Shown piece by piece: positions 1 through 7,782 of a stretch of 40,334 bases of DNA. Every line of letters begins with the position of its first letter. Within the stretch, counting starts at the first letter, position 1. This stretch comes from a virus (Duplodnaviria > Caudoviricetes). The position numbers were made by a program, and so were the translations under genes. The stretch covers positions 1-40,334 of IMG/VR virus record IMGVR_UViG_3300032218_003137, one strand, 5' to 3'. The notes under the pieces were generated by a model. The model was given only the letters and a program-made list of their open reading frames with translations, ran no database searches and was not told the DNA's origin.

Positions 1-2
1 CC

Positions 3-239
3 CGAAGCGCCGAGCAAGAAGCGCCGCTGACGCAGCACGTCGGCGGCCTCTGCTTTGCCGTGATGATGCTCTCCGACGGCTATCAGCTCGGCGTGTCGGT
101 CGGCACGAAGGGCGACCGCGACGTCCGATGGTTCCGCCTCGCCGACGACGCGATGCGCGCCGAGGTGTGGCGAATGATGGGTCAACACGTTGAGGTCTGG
201 GCGCGCGGCGGCGTTGTCCATCGCGTCGAGATGCCGTGA
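3..239 (+). CDS. hypothetical protein, possibly 5'-truncated by the window edge (alternative starts at 60/63)
   Basis: Frame is open from position 3 to TGA 237-239 (...MMLSDGYQLGVSVGTKGDRDVRWFRLADDAMRAEVW...EMP*). GTGA overlap with the next gene. Confidence 0.55.
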   Translation, partial: RSAEQEAPLTQHVGGLCFAVMMLSDGYQLGVSVGTKGDRDVRWFRLADDAMRAEVWRMMGQHVEVWARGGVVHRVEMP

Positions 240-463
240 GCGACTGTCCCGTCAAGGTTGACCGCCCGTGTGCGTTTGCCGGCTGTGCCGTCACCGTGAC
301 GAACCGTCTCGGCTTCTGTTCCTCGCACTACTCGGTCGCGCATCCCTGCTCGTTCGATGCCTCGTGCCCGCATCGCTGCGCAGCGCACAGTCGCACCCGT
401 CTCTGTCAGGAGCACGCCTGGTACGCAGGCAAGGTGCGCGAAGCGCACGGCGGTGCGGAGTAG
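236..463 (+). CDS. small Cys/His-rich protein with two CCCH-type zinc-binding repeats
   Basis: PCAFAGC...FCSSH and PCSFDASC...LCQEH. GTG start is coupled to the upstream stop. Confidence 0.6.
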   Translation: MSDCPVKVDRPCAFAGCAVTVTNRLGFCSSHYSVAHPCSFDASCPHRCAAHSRTRLCQEHAWYAGKVREAHGGAE

Positions 464-513
464 GGACTCGACCGACGGGCCGCGCTTTTCTCCGCGCCCG
501 CGAGGAGTCTCCG

Positions 514-1059
514 ATGCAGATGGATTGCCCAAAATGCTGGGGGAAGCACAAGACGTGTCCGCGCTGCAAAGGCGCAGGAAAGGTGGAGGACAAGCAGTTG
601 TCCCCTCACTTCAAGTTGTCGGAGATGCTCGACTCCCCGACCGCTCGGTCAAAGGGCATCGACAACGACCCGACGCCCGAGATTCTCGCGAACCTCGAAT
701 CGCTCTGCGTCAACGCGCTGGAACCCATCCGCGCACTCATCGGGCCGATGCATATCAACTCGGGCTACCGCTCCGATGCACTGAACGCTGCGATCCCCGG
801 CTCCTCAAAGACCTCGGCACACAGCCACGGCATGGCGGCCGACATCAAGCCGTTGAAGGTGTCGCGCAAGGCCATGTGCGACGCCGTGATCGCGTCAGCC
901 ATCAAGCTCGACCAAGTCATCTGTGAGCCGACGTGGGTGCACATCGGTCACCGCTACCCGCCGAACAAGGCGCAACGCGGACAGCACCTCTCAATGTTCC
1001 GCGTCGGTGGCGCATCGAAGTACGAGCAGTACGACACCCACGATCCTCGCATCGCCTGA
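514..1059 (+). CDS. peptidase M15A-family endolysin with an N-terminal CxxCxG zinc finger
   Basis: GAGGAG RBS at 502-507 and ATG 514. Motifs LSPHFKLSEM, INSGYRS, SAHSHGMAADI and WVHIG are typical of M15 Zn peptidases. N-terminus CPKCWG...CPRCKGAG. Confidence 0.85.
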   Translation: MQMDCPKCWGKHKTCPRCKGAGKVEDKQLSPHFKLSEMLDSPTARSKGIDNDPTPEILANLESLCVNALEPIRALIGPMHINSGYRSDALNAAIPGSSKTSAHSHGMAADIKPLKVSRKAMCDAVIASAIKLDQVICEPTWVHIGHRYPPNKAQRGQHLSMFRVGGASKYEQYDTHDPRIA

Positions 1060-1087
1060 CCACCTTCGGCGGTCGCACCTTGAGGCC

Positions 1088-1125
1088 GACGGCCGGTTCC
1101 GCGAGGGGCCGGCCGTCTCTCTGTT
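1088..1125 (+). terminator. putative intrinsic terminator after the endolysin gene
   Basis: GACGGCCGGTTCC-GCGA-GGGGCCGGCCGTC stem with a GNRA loop, followed by TCTCTGTT. Confidence 0.55.
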
Positions 1126-1145
1126 GACGCTGCGTCGATTTTTTC

Positions 1146-1174
1146 TTGCCTCTCCGCGTGACCTGTCGCAAAGT
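1146..1174 (+). promoter_or_regulatory. possible sigma70-type promoter
   Basis: TTGCCT-N17-CAAAGT, preceded by a T-tract, about 40 nt upstream of the 1216 gene. Confidence 0.35.
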
Positions 1175-1215
1175 CCACTCACCCCGGCACTGACGCCTGG
1201 GCACGGAGAAGACAG

Positions 1216-1449
1216 ATGCTCATCGACGCCCCCAAGAATCTCCCCTCCCGCAAGCTGCTCCCGCTCGCGACGACCGTTGAACTGGTCTACGCCGAGACGC
1301 CGACTTGGCTGATTGCTGTCGGCCTTGCCCTCGGCCTCGCGCTGCTCGCCGTCGTGAGCTGCACCCAGCAGCGTGGGCTCGACGACTACCAGCAGTGCGT
1401 CCTCGACCACGGATCGTCTGACGCTCGCTGCGTCGCGATGAACAAGTAG
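1216..1449 (+). CDS. small membrane protein or possible lipoprotein
   Basis: GGAG RBS. Hydrophobic stretch WLIAVGLALGLALLAVVSC ending in a lipobox-like VVSC, then a Cys pair. Confidence 0.65.
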   Translation: MLIDAPKNLPSRKLLPLATTVELVYAETPTWLIAVGLALGLALLAVVSCTQQRGLDDYQQCVLDHGSSDARCVAMNK

Positions 1450-1462
1450 GAGGAGGCCGACA

Positions 1463-1792
1463 ATGTCCAAGACGAACCTCGGCCAAGTGCTTCTCGCAGC
1501 CATCCACCTCCGCCTCGACAAGACCTCGCCCGACCTGATCGCTCTGACGCCGCCATGGGCCGCGCTGGGCGACCTCGAACGCGAGGCGTGGTCCTACGCT
1601 GCTGAGCAGATCGCCGCCGGCAACGGCCTTGCCGTGCGAGAGCGCGCCGCCGAGCTCCTCGAGGAGTACGCCGCCCGTGCGACGAAGCACGGCTCCGACG
1701 AGTGGCTATTGTTCGGCGAGGCGACCGAGGAGATGCGCGCCTTGCGCATCCCCGGGGCTGACGAGCCGATGTCCGACCCGTCCGTCCACTGA
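1463..1792 (+). CDS. hypothetical protein
   Basis: Strong AGGAGGAGG RBS; 109 aa with normal composition. Confidence 0.75.
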   Translation: MSKTNLGQVLLAAIHLRLDKTSPDLIALTPPWAALGDLEREAWSYAAEQIAAGNGLAVRERAAELLEEYAARATKHGSDEWLLFGEATEEMRALRIPGADEPMSDPSVH

Positions 1793-1796
1793 CACC

Positions 1797-1826
1797 GCCC
1801 GCAAGGGCACAGCCGCCCGAAAGGGC
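1797..1826 (+). repeat. tandem pair of GNRA-tetraloop hairpins with an 18-nt period
   Basis: GCCC-GCAA-GGGC (1797-1808) and GCCC-GAAA-GGGC (1815-1826) in an intergenic gap. Confidence 0.7.
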
Positions 1827-1838
1827 AACGAGAACACC

Positions 1839-2078
1839 ATGTCCGAGACTGAGAAGACTGAGAAGACTGAGAAAACTGAGCAGACCGAGCAGGCCGCAGC
1901 CGAGGCCGTTCACCCCGAGGTCGCTCGCGTGCAGGGCATCATCGCGCAGGCCGTGCAGGCGTTGACGCAGGTGCAGGGGCTCCTCTACGAGCTCCCGAAG
2001 GTCGTCGCCGGGAACATTGCCCTCGCGACGGAACTTGAGAAGCTGCGGCTCGACGTTGTGAAGGACGTGCAGTCGTGA
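1839..2078 (+). CDS. hypothetical helical protein with N-terminal TEK/TEQ repeats
   Basis: ATG 1839, 79 aa, MSETEKTEKTEKTEQTEQAAAE... Confidence 0.7.
   Translation: MSETEKTEKTEKTEQTEQAAAEAVHPEVARVQGIIAQAVQALTQVQGLLYELPKVVAGNIALATELEKLRLDVVKDVQS
1848..1892 (+). repeat. 9-nt coding tandem repeat, 5 copies
   Basis: actgagaag x2, actgagaaa, actgagcag, accgagcag. Confidence 0.85.
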
Positions 2079-2132
2079 CCGAGTCGTCCGACCGCCCGTG
2101 GGCGTTGCGCGACTGGTGGGCGGGCTCCCGTC

Positions 2133-2390
2133 GTGAGTGACCGCTACTGTGACAAGTGTCACCGTCCGGTCCACCTTGCTGTGCACGCTTTTACCGGCGC
2201 GCGCGTACCCATCGTCTGCTCGGCGTCGTACCTGCCTTCGGCGCCGGGCGAGTGGGCAATCTGGACGACGCCCGACCAGCCGCGAGTCGACTACACAGCG
2301 CCGCGCCTGCTGCTGGGCAATGTGCGACTGAAGCCAGACGCGCACTCTTGGCGTGGCGACGTCCACGAATGCTACGGAGGAGAGCGATGA
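2133..2390 (+). CDS. hypothetical protein, possible zinc binder
   Basis: GTG start; CDKC near the N-terminus and HEC near the C-terminus; ATGA coupling to the next gene. Confidence 0.6.
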   Translation: MSDRYCDKCHRPVHLAVHAFTGARVPIVCSASYLPSAPGEWAIWTTPDQPRVDYTAPRLLLGNVRLKPDAHSWRGDVHECYGGER

Positions 2391-2575
2391 GCCGTACCAC
2401 GACCTACTGGCGAGACGATGCCGTCGCGTACGTCACGCAGCATGAGCAGCAGACGCCTGACGATGAGGACGATGTCCAGCACGACGAGGCGCTTCTTCGC
2501 GCTGTGATCCGCGCCATTCGGCGGTCACCGAAGTTGCACGCCGAACTCGTGGTTGCGCTAGAACACAAGGTCTGA
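2387..2575 (+). CDS. hypothetical protein
   Basis: GGAGGAG RBS and ATGA overlap; 62 aa, MSRTTTYWRDDAVAY... Confidence 0.65.
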   Translation: MSRTTTYWRDDAVAYVTQHEQQTPDDEDDVQHDEALLRAVIRAIRRSPKLHAELVVALEHKV

Positions 2576-2619
2576 CGGTCGTCCCCCCGCGACTGTCAGT
2601 AGAGAGTCCCAGCTCTCCG

Positions 2620-2658
2620 AGCGAGCCCGCCGACCATTCGGCGGGCTCGCTTGTTTCT
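2620..2658. terminator. intrinsic terminator between convergent transcription units
   Basis: Perfect 14-bp stem AGCGAGCCCGCCGA-CCAT-TCGGCGGGCTCGCT followed by TGTTTCT on the plus strand. Confidence 0.75.
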
Positions 2659-2662
2659 CCGC

Positions 2663-3766
2663 TCAGATTCGCACCGGCATGATGACGGACAGCGTCTTCG
2701 CCGACGCGACCGTCTCGCCGTGCGGCAGGACGAGGATGGGTTCCTCCCGCGACACGAGCCGCAGGTCGACCGACGCGCCGCCGATGGCCTTGACGCTCTC
2801 GCGCAGGTAGTTCGGATTGAGGCCGATGTCGCTCTCCGTGTCGGCGCCGACGACTGCCGCGTCGTGCGTGACGACGAGCTCGCCGAGGTCGGCGTCTGCT
2901 GCCGTCAGGGTCACCGACTGCCCGGCCATCGTGGCCTTGACGCGCAGCGACCCGCCGCCGATAGCCCTCGCCTGTTCTGTCGTCTCGACGAGGAGGCCGC
3001 TCTCGACTGTGACCGTCTGCCCCTCGCCGACCGCCTCGACGACGCTGCGCCAGTCGGGGCTCTGTCCGTCGATGAGACGCATGACGAGCGCCTGCGAGTC
3101 GTCAGCGTAGTGGATGGCGTTCGCCTCGAATGCAAACCGGCCTTCCGCCTTCGCGCAGGCTCGCAGCAGCTTGGCCGAGTCAGCCGAGACGATGACGTGT
3201 GCGTCCTCGTCAAGCGTGAGACCGACAGGCCACGCCGTGCGCGTCATCGCAAGCCGATGCCCGTCCGTCGCCATGAGCGCGAGCCGGTCGCCGTCGCGGG
3301 AGAGGCTGACGCCGCAGAGGGTGTACCGCGTCTGATCCTGACCGACCGCGTGCGCGACGCGCTCGAAGGCCGACGAGAGCTTGTCCCACTGCGGCGACAG
3401 GTCGTCGGCTTTGCACGGCACCGAGATGGCTGCGCTGTCCGCGTCGATGACCGGAACGCCGAAGCGAGCTGCGCCGCTCGATACCGACAGCCGGCGGCCG
3501 AGCGACGGGCAGTCCAGCGTCGTCGCCTCGCCGTGCAGCGCCCCGACGACCGCCGCGAGATGCCGCAACGACACGACGGCCTGCAGCGTCGAGATGCCAC
3601 CCGAGACGCCGAGCCGCCGCTCGTACCAGTCGCCGACCACATTGACGCTCACGCGCAGCGTGTCGCCGTGGCCCTCAAGGCGCACCTGAGTCGTTCCATC
3701 CGTCCGCCCCACGCGCAGCCCGAGGGCGAGCGCCTCCTGTAGTTCCTCTGTGCGTACCTTCGTCAT
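2663..3766 (-). CDS. dnaN: DNA polymerase III beta subunit (sliding clamp) homologue
   Basis: 367 aa. Motifs QTRYTLCGV, MATDGHRLA, RLIDGQSPDWRSVV, LNPNYL and C-terminal VIMPVRI are hallmarks of beta clamps. Confidence 0.9.
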   Translation of the reverse strand: MTKVRTEELQEALALGLRVGRTDGTTQVRLEGHGDTLRVSVNVVGDWYERRLGVSGGISTLQAVVSLRHLAAVVGALHGEATTLDCPSLGRRLSVSSGAARFGVPVIDADSAAISVPCKADDLSPQWDKLSSAFERVAHAVGQDQTRYTLCGVSLSRDGDRLALMATDGHRLAMTRTAWPVGLTLDEDAHVIVSADSAKLLRACAKAEGRFAFEANAIHYADDSQALVMRLIDGQSPDWRSVVEAVGEGQTVTVESGLLVETTEQARAIGGGSLRVKATMAGQSVTLTAADADLGELVVTHDAAVVGADTESDIGLNPNYLRESVKAIGGASVDLRLVSREEPILVLPHGETVASAKTLSVIMPVRI

Positions 3767-5133
3767 TCGCCTTCTCCCAGGTGCTCCACGCGCACCTCGT
3801 AACCCTCGGCCTGGTATGCGAGGCGTCGAGCGCGCGCGTGCGCCTCAAGCCACCGCTGGCCTCGGTCGTTGAGCTCCCACACCGTGCAGGAGGTCTTGCC
3901 TTCTGCCTTTCGCAGTCCGCGCCCGACGCGCTGAATGGCTGCGATGGTCGACTGTCCGCCGGCCGCGATGACAACGCTTCGCAGCGCCGGGATGTCGACG
4001 CCCTCTTGAAAGATCACGGAGCAGACGAGGACGTCGATGCGCCCCTCGACGAGCTGCTCGATGGCGGCCTCTCGCTGCTCCGTCGTGTGCGCCCCGTGAA
4101 CGTAGGCTGCTCGGAGGCCGACGCGGGCGAAGGCCCGCATGAGCACCTGCCCGTGCTCGACCGCCTGTACAAAGACAAGCGCAGGCTTCTCAGAGCGCCG
4201 CACGGCCTCGACGACGAGCGCGTTACGCCTCGCCGAGTGGACGACGAGTCGGTCGTAGACCGTCGGCCACGTCGCGTCGTCGAGCTCGTCCTGCCAGCAG
4301 TCGGCCATGATTATGGTCGGCCTCGCGAGCACCTCGCGCTCGACGAGCACCTCCGGGCGCATCCGGTAGATGACCGGGCCGGTCGCGCCGACGACGAGGC
4401 TCGACTTGCGGTCACCTCGGGCGAGCGGCGTGCCGCTCAGGCCGATGCGGTAGCGCGCGTTCGTCGCCGCGCCGAAGATGGCTGTGGCGGTCGTGCTCGC
4501 GACGGCGTGGCACTCGTCCGCGATGACGCCGTCGACCGACTCAAGCAGCGCACGCGCCTCGGCGTCGCCGTTCGCCAACCTCGCCGCGAGCGTCTGGAAG
4601 GTGGCGACCGTGAACCGTCGAGGGCGCCAGCCCGACTCGCCGACCTTGCCAGCGGTCTCGCCCGTGAACTTGCGGAAGCTCTCGGCCGTCTGATTGAGCA
4701 GGCTCAGCCGGTGGACGAGGAACAGCCACCGTGACTGCGGGAACGAGGCGACGATGCTCGAGGCGCAGGCCGTTTTGCCGGCGGCTGTTGGAAGCCAGAG
4801 GATGCCCCGCTCGCGAGCGCAAACGGCCTCCAGTGCCGCCCGCTGATAGTCGCGCAGCCAAGACACGTTGACGCTCTCGTCGCGCGCAGGCGATGCCGGG
4901 CGGAGGTCGAGGACGTCGAGCGTGCGGAGTTCCTTCGACGCGCGCGACTGGACGATGGGCAGGAAGCCGCTCGGAAACTCTTGCGCAACCTCGTCGAGCA
5001 AGCACATCGGCCGCTCGACGCCGGTCGCACCGACCGTCCGAAACGTGAGGAGCTGTCGCAACCAGTCGCGCTCGTAGTCGTCCGCTCGGACGATGCGGCA
5101 CGAGACGTTGCGGAACTCGACCTGCACGCGCAC
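3763..5133 (-). CDS. superfamily 2 DExH helicase (UvsW/XPB/RadD-like)
   Basis: Q motif LRDYQ, Walker A LPTAAGKT, DECH, GLSGTP, EGVDIP, QRVGRGLR. Confidence 0.92.
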   Translation of the reverse strand: MRVQVEFRNVSCRIVRADDYERDWLRQLLTFRTVGATGVERPMCLLDEVAQEFPSGFLPIVQSRASKELRTLDVLDLRPASPARDESVNVSWLRDYQRAALEAVCARERGILWLPTAAGKTACASSIVASFPQSRWLFLVHRLSLLNQTAESFRKFTGETAGKVGESGWRPRRFTVATFQTLAARLANGDAEARALLESVDGVIADECHAVASTTATAIFGAATNARYRIGLSGTPLARGDRKSSLVVGATGPVIYRMRPEVLVEREVLARPTIIMADCWQDELDDATWPTVYDRLVVHSARRNALVVEAVRRSEKPALVFVQAVEHGQVLMRAFARVGLRAAYVHGAHTTEQREAAIEQLVEGRIDVLVCSVIFQEGVDIPALRSVVIAAGGQSTIAAIQRVGRGLRKAEGKTSCTVWELNDRGQRWLEAHARARRLAYQAEGYEVRVEHLGEGE

Positions 5134-5208
5134 CCCTGTCGGAAGACGCGCAAGGTACGCGAAACGCTACCGCGTGACAACGGCAACGCACGGTGCGAAG
5201 GTGCACAC

Positions 5209-5706
5209 ATGGGCGGACGAGCGAGCAGGACGAAGGGTCACGGCTTCGAGCGCGAGGTCGCTGCGTGGCTTCGCGAGACGGTCGGCATCGAAGCCAAGCG
5301 CGGCCTCTCGCAGCCTAGAGGCGGGACCGCCGAGGAGCCCGACGTCTTGACTCCCGGCGGGTGGCCGCTCTGGCTCGAGTTGAAGCGCGGAAAGAAGACC
5401 GACTCGCGCGCCGCGCTGCGTCAGGCTCGCAACGCCATTGCAAGCTCGGGCGCCGACTGCTGGCCTGTCGCCATCTGCCGCGACGACCAGGAGGACGCCA
5501 CTGCGATGATGCCGCTCGAGCTCCTCGGCCTGCTGCTGCTGCTCTGGGACCGTCGCTCGCCAAAGGACGTGGGCTACCAAGTCACCACGAAGAAGCCGGC
5601 CGCCAAGGCCGCTGCGCCGAAGCCGCCGAGGGCCGCGCGCCGGTCGAAGCCCTCGACCCAGACCGCACTAGCAATCATCGACCCTCCGACGACGCCGAGA
5701 GAGTAG
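5209..5706 (+). CDS. Holliday junction resolvase (Hjc-like PD-(D/E)xK nuclease)
   Basis: ATG 5209; SRTKGHGFEREVA, EPDV and LELKR catalytic pattern. Confidence 0.85.
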   Translation: MGGRASRTKGHGFEREVAAWLRETVGIEAKRGLSQPRGGTAEEPDVLTPGGWPLWLELKRGKKTDSRAALRQARNAIASSGADCWPVAICRDDQEDATAMMPLELLGLLLLLWDRRSPKDVGYQVTTKKPAAKAAAPKPPRAARRSKPSTQTALAIIDPPTTPRE

Positions 5707-6011
5707 CCGACGCGCTGCCACGTTGGATCAGGCGGAGGCGGGACCGCACGCAGGTCCGCGCGACAGACGTCAAGAATGTGTCGAATCTCGGTCTTGTCGA
5801 CCTGCGCCGCGTCGAGCCGTGCGACGAGCGCGACGTTCTTCGCTCGCGCGTCGAGTACCGCGTCGGTCAGAGTCTTGAGCCCGGCCTCGGAGCACGTCAC
5901 CGAGCCGTCTGCGTTACGTCGGCAGGGCTTCTCGTCAGCCCTCGCCGACAGGCTTGTCAGCACCAGCAGACAGGCCGTCGATAAGGTCGTTCGCCACGTC
6001 GACAGTGTCAC
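5574..6011 (-). CDS. exported coiled-coil protein with two C-terminal hydrophobic helices; sits in the outer-spanin position
   Basis: AGGAG RBS then GTG 6011 inside the upstream gene. Signal peptide ending ARA, coiled coil, PPPPDP, then two Gly/Ala-rich hydrophobic segments. Confidence 0.6.
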   Translation of the reverse strand: MTLSTWRTTLSTACLLVLTSLSARADEKPCRRNADGSVTCSEAGLKTLTDAVLDARAKNVALVARLDAAQVDKTEIRHILDVCRADLRAVPPPPDPTWQRVGYSLGVVGGSMIASAVWVEGFDRRAALGGFGAAALAAGFFVVTW

Positions 6012-6240
6012 GGGCCTTCTCCTGCTCGGCCTGCGCCTGAGCCTTCGCCGCAACTGCCTCGGCAACCTTCGCGCGCAGTTCCGCGCCCACGTCGTGCGCC
6101 TTGACCGCTTCGTTGAGCTTGATTGTCGCCTTCTCGGCGCTCGACTTGCGAGCGAACGACGACATCGCCGCCCACAGCGCGCCGAGCATGCCGACGACGC
6201 CCGCGAGAAGAAACCAGCCGAAGTCCTTGGCCGACTTCAC
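5935..6240 (-). CDS. inner-membrane spanin-like protein (N-terminal TM helix plus coiled coil)
   Basis: GTGA coupling at 6237-6240. FGWFLLAGVVGMLGALWAAM followed by an Ala/Lys/Glu helix. Confidence 0.6.
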   Translation of the reverse strand: MKSAKDFGWFLLAGVVGMLGALWAAMSSFARKSSAEKATIKLNEAVKAHDVGAELRAKVAEAVAAKAQAQAEQEKARDTVDVANDLIDGLSAGADKPVGEG

Positions 6241-6449
6241 TTGCCACCTCGCACGAGCTTGACCGCCTGCACTGCCTTGTCGCCGTTCAGCGCAACGGCA
6301 TTGATGGCGGCCGCAAACGTCAGAATCCACGGCGCCACCGACGCGCCCTCGGCCTGCGCGTTGCGGATGCGCTGGTTCAGCACCGAGGCCGCGAGCGAGG
6401 CGACAGGGACGACGATGCCGACGAGATTGATGATTCCGTCGAGGCTCAT
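6237..6449 (-). CDS. putative holin
   Basis: 70 aa, two hydrophobic segments and a basic C-terminus, directly upstream of the spanin-like genes. Confidence 0.55.
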   Translation of the reverse strand: MSLDGIINLVGIVVPVASLAASVLNQRIRNAQAEGASVAPWILTFAAAINAVALNGDKAVQAVKLVRGGK

Positions 6450-7225
6450 GACTTGCCCTTTTTGGGCGCGCTCGGCGCCTTCTGGAGTGCCTTGAGTGCC
6501 TTTTCGACCTTGCCAACCCGCTTCTCGACGTCGTCGCCGCCGACCGCTACAGAGCCCTGCTGCTCCACCTTGCCGGCGATCTCTTCGACGCGGGAGGCGA
6601 GGCTCGACGCCTGCGACTCAACCGAGGCGACCTTGAACGCTAGTTCGTCGCGCGCGACCTTGCAGTCGACGTGCTGGCTTGCCGCCTGATCGAGCTTCTT
6701 CTCTTCGATTTCCGCCTGCTTGGCCTCGCGCTCGCGCTTGGCCTCCATCCAGCCAGGACCAAACTTCCACGCGATGGCGCCGGCCGTGACGATGAGGGCC
6801 AGAAGAACGGTGATGAGGCTCGCGCTGCCATCCTTCGGCATGAGCGCCATGATGTCGGGCGGCGCGTCGTGAGGGACGCTGACGGTCGCCGTCGTCACGA
6901 CGGGCGCGGGCATTTGCGGGCCGACCTCTGGCTGCTTGACCTCGTCCATGTGCTTCTCCTTCGTCGCGTGTCGCACAGACCAATGCTTGCGATGCGCGGC
7001 CTTCCATTCGGGCGTGTCGCGGTGCTGACACCTGTAGTCGACGCCGTCGACGTATACCTCGTGGCCGTACTCGTCAACGAGACGCTCCTGCGCCACCCAA
7101 CCCCGCAGCCCATCGGGCAACGCGCAAGGCGGAGCGTCGAGACGAAGGTCCGACAGCCTGGCGTAGCCGTGCTCGTCGAGCGGCCACGCGCAAGGCGCCA
7201 GCGTGGTGGCGTCAGTAGATGACAT
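6446..7225 (-). CDS. single-TM coiled-coil membrane protein with a strong internal in-frame start at 6949
   Basis: ATG 7225 overlaps the upstream gene end. A second ATG at 6949 has an AAGGAG RBS. TM segment LITVLLALIVTAGAIAW, then a coiled coil. Confidence 0.65.
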   Translation of the reverse strand: MSSTDATTLAPCAWPLDEHGYARLSDLRLDAPPCALPDGLRGWVAQERLVDEYGHEVYVDGVDYRCQHRDTPEWKAAHRKHWSVRHATKEKHMDEVKQPEVGPQMPAPVVTTATVSVPHDAPPDIMALMPKDGSASLITVLLALIVTAGAIAWKFGPGWMEAKREREAKQAEIEEKKLDQAASQHVDCKVARDELAFKVASVESQASSLASRVEEIAGKVEQQGSVAVGGDDVEKRVGKVEKALKALQKAPSAPKKGKS

Positions 7226-7502
7226 CCTCAAGAGTCACGTCGACGAGAACAGTCTCGGGCGTGATTGAGCCGGGATCTCGACACAGCCACACGACCTGCG
7301 TCGGCGTGCCGAACGACATACCAGCGAGGCGCGACGAGTCGATACTCGAGGCGTCGACGACGCCGTCGAGAGACACCCTCACGATGGCTGACGGATGCCG
7401 CGAAACGACCGACGACGAACGAGCAAGAAACGGAATCTGGACCTGAGCCTGCGTCGGGTATGCGGTCACGTCAGAGATGTCGATGGTGAAGTTGCGGATC
7501 AT
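7212..7502 (-). CDS. hypothetical beta-rich protein
   Basis: TAATG coupling to the upstream gene; 96 aa. Confidence 0.65.
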   Translation of the reverse strand: MIRNFTIDISDVTAYPTQAQVQIPFLARSSSVVSRHPSAIVRVSLDGVVDASSIDSSRLAGMSFGTPTQVVWLCRDPGSITPETVLVDVTLEDVIY

Positions 7503-7717
7503 TAGTGCGCCTCCGTGCGGGCTTTGAGAACTTCGACCTCGGTGCGCAAGCCAGCGACCTCGCGTCGAAGCTGCGCCTGATCGTCACGCAGCTCATGCAA
7601 CACCTTGCCGAGCGTATCCACCGCAAAGGACAGCTTGTTGATCTCTGAGGCGACCTTCCACAAGCCGCCGAGGATACTCAAACCAACCGGGACTGCTGCG
7701 ATGATCCACTCGGGCAC
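7502..7717 (-). CDS. small TM plus coiled-coil protein (holin-like or lysis accessory)
   Basis: AGGAG RBS and GTG 7717. WIIAAVPVGLSILGGLW followed by a heptad-repeat helix; 71 aa. Confidence 0.65.
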   Translation of the reverse strand: MPEWIIAAVPVGLSILGGLWKVASEINKLSFAVDTLGKVLHELRDDQAQLRREVAGLRTEVEVLKARTEAH

Positions 7718-7738
7718 GGTGCGATCTCCTGTTGTCGC

Positions 7739-7770
7739 GTCTGCTCGCTTCCTACCGCAAGCGAGCAGAC
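7739..7770. promoter_or_regulatory. 12-bp hairpin between the fibre and lysis modules
   Basis: GTCTGCTCGCTT-N8-AAGCGAGCAGAC with no U-tract on the coding strand. Confidence 0.5.
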
Positions 7771-7782
7771 ACGAGTGACTGA

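Noticed and set aside
268-513. ORF-track N-terminal extensions (268 for the endolysin; likewise 1629, 4981, 8592, 14747, 21055, 36944)
   Set aside because: Downstream ATGs, most with a clear RBS, fit better, and the extensions overlap other genes or structured intergenic sequence.
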